A DNA stretch of 63,797 bases, counting the filler, from Lenisia limosa (lineage: Eukaryota; Protista; Breviatea), in the NCBI GenBank assembly GCA_001655205.1. It is 19 parts of 19 records of this genome, joined end to end, with 100 filler letters (N's around TTAATTAATTAA, not from the genome) between each part and the next. Parts side by side here need not be neighbours in the genome. Positions count along the whole stretch, not along the records: positions 61,814 to 63,797 come from LPNZ01009391.1; 18 more parts are not named here. The stretch is one strand, 5' to 3'. Below the pieces are notes generated by a model. It ran no database searches and had not been told where the DNA came from. It saw nothing but the letters and a program-made list of their open reading frames with translations. Each line of letters opens with the position of its first letter. The first letter of the stretch is position 1. The translations under genes and the position numbers were made by a program. Below, in pieces: positions 63,516-63,797 of the stretch.

Positions 63516-63797
63516 TTTTCCTATCATTTTACTGATTTCTTAGCTTATCATATACTATATCGACATCATTATACTATGCGTACTAAAGAGGCTTGGAAGG
63601 GAGGGGGGCCTTCCATTTCCCCGTTTTCGTTTCTGTGATTTGAGTTTTCGAAATCCGCTTGTAATTCGTACCCTCCCTCCCCACTCCCTCCATACAATGC
63701 AATTCCCCTTCGTCTCCACCATAACAGCCACATAGAGTTGATTTTGGGCTTTTTTTTTGTTTCATACATTTCCCCATTTTACTCCCCCCCCCCCCCC

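Overview
Eukaryotic, intron-rich genomic DNA (GT-AG spliceosomal introns) from a heavily fragmented assembly. About 19 short contigs are joined by an artificial 100-nt spacer (44 N + TTAATTAATTAA + 44 N), so gene order across these joins is not reliable. I see no rRNA, tRNA or CRISPR array. Fragments of housekeeping genes were recognised by motif from memory, not by search: a full-size ABCG/PDR transporter, transportin-1, an SLC25 NAD/folate-type carrier, a CFAP69-like protein (tentatively suggesting a flagellated organism), STE24, NIPBL/Scc2, SEL1L/Hrd3, a USP His-box, and nucleoplasmin-like, TBC-like and MFSD13A-like pieces. The standout gene (8019-18438, 5'-truncated, at least ~2,800 aa) encodes a single-pass surface protein. 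Its order is FN3 x3, a REJ-like region, a Cys-rich module, a GPS motif, a sushi-like module, ~52 tandem 16-aa CxxC repeats, one TM helix and an acidic tail ending DSSV. Introns are packed with small repeats: several TA-flanked MITE families, and three non-TIR families that are mostly in the host-gene sense orientation. One of these ends at poly-C tracts and often sits directly before 3' splice sites. Many host introns start with G-runs and end with C-runs. A second gene architecture, with 26-60 nt introns and few MITEs, occupies about 20-29 kb and 51-56 kb.
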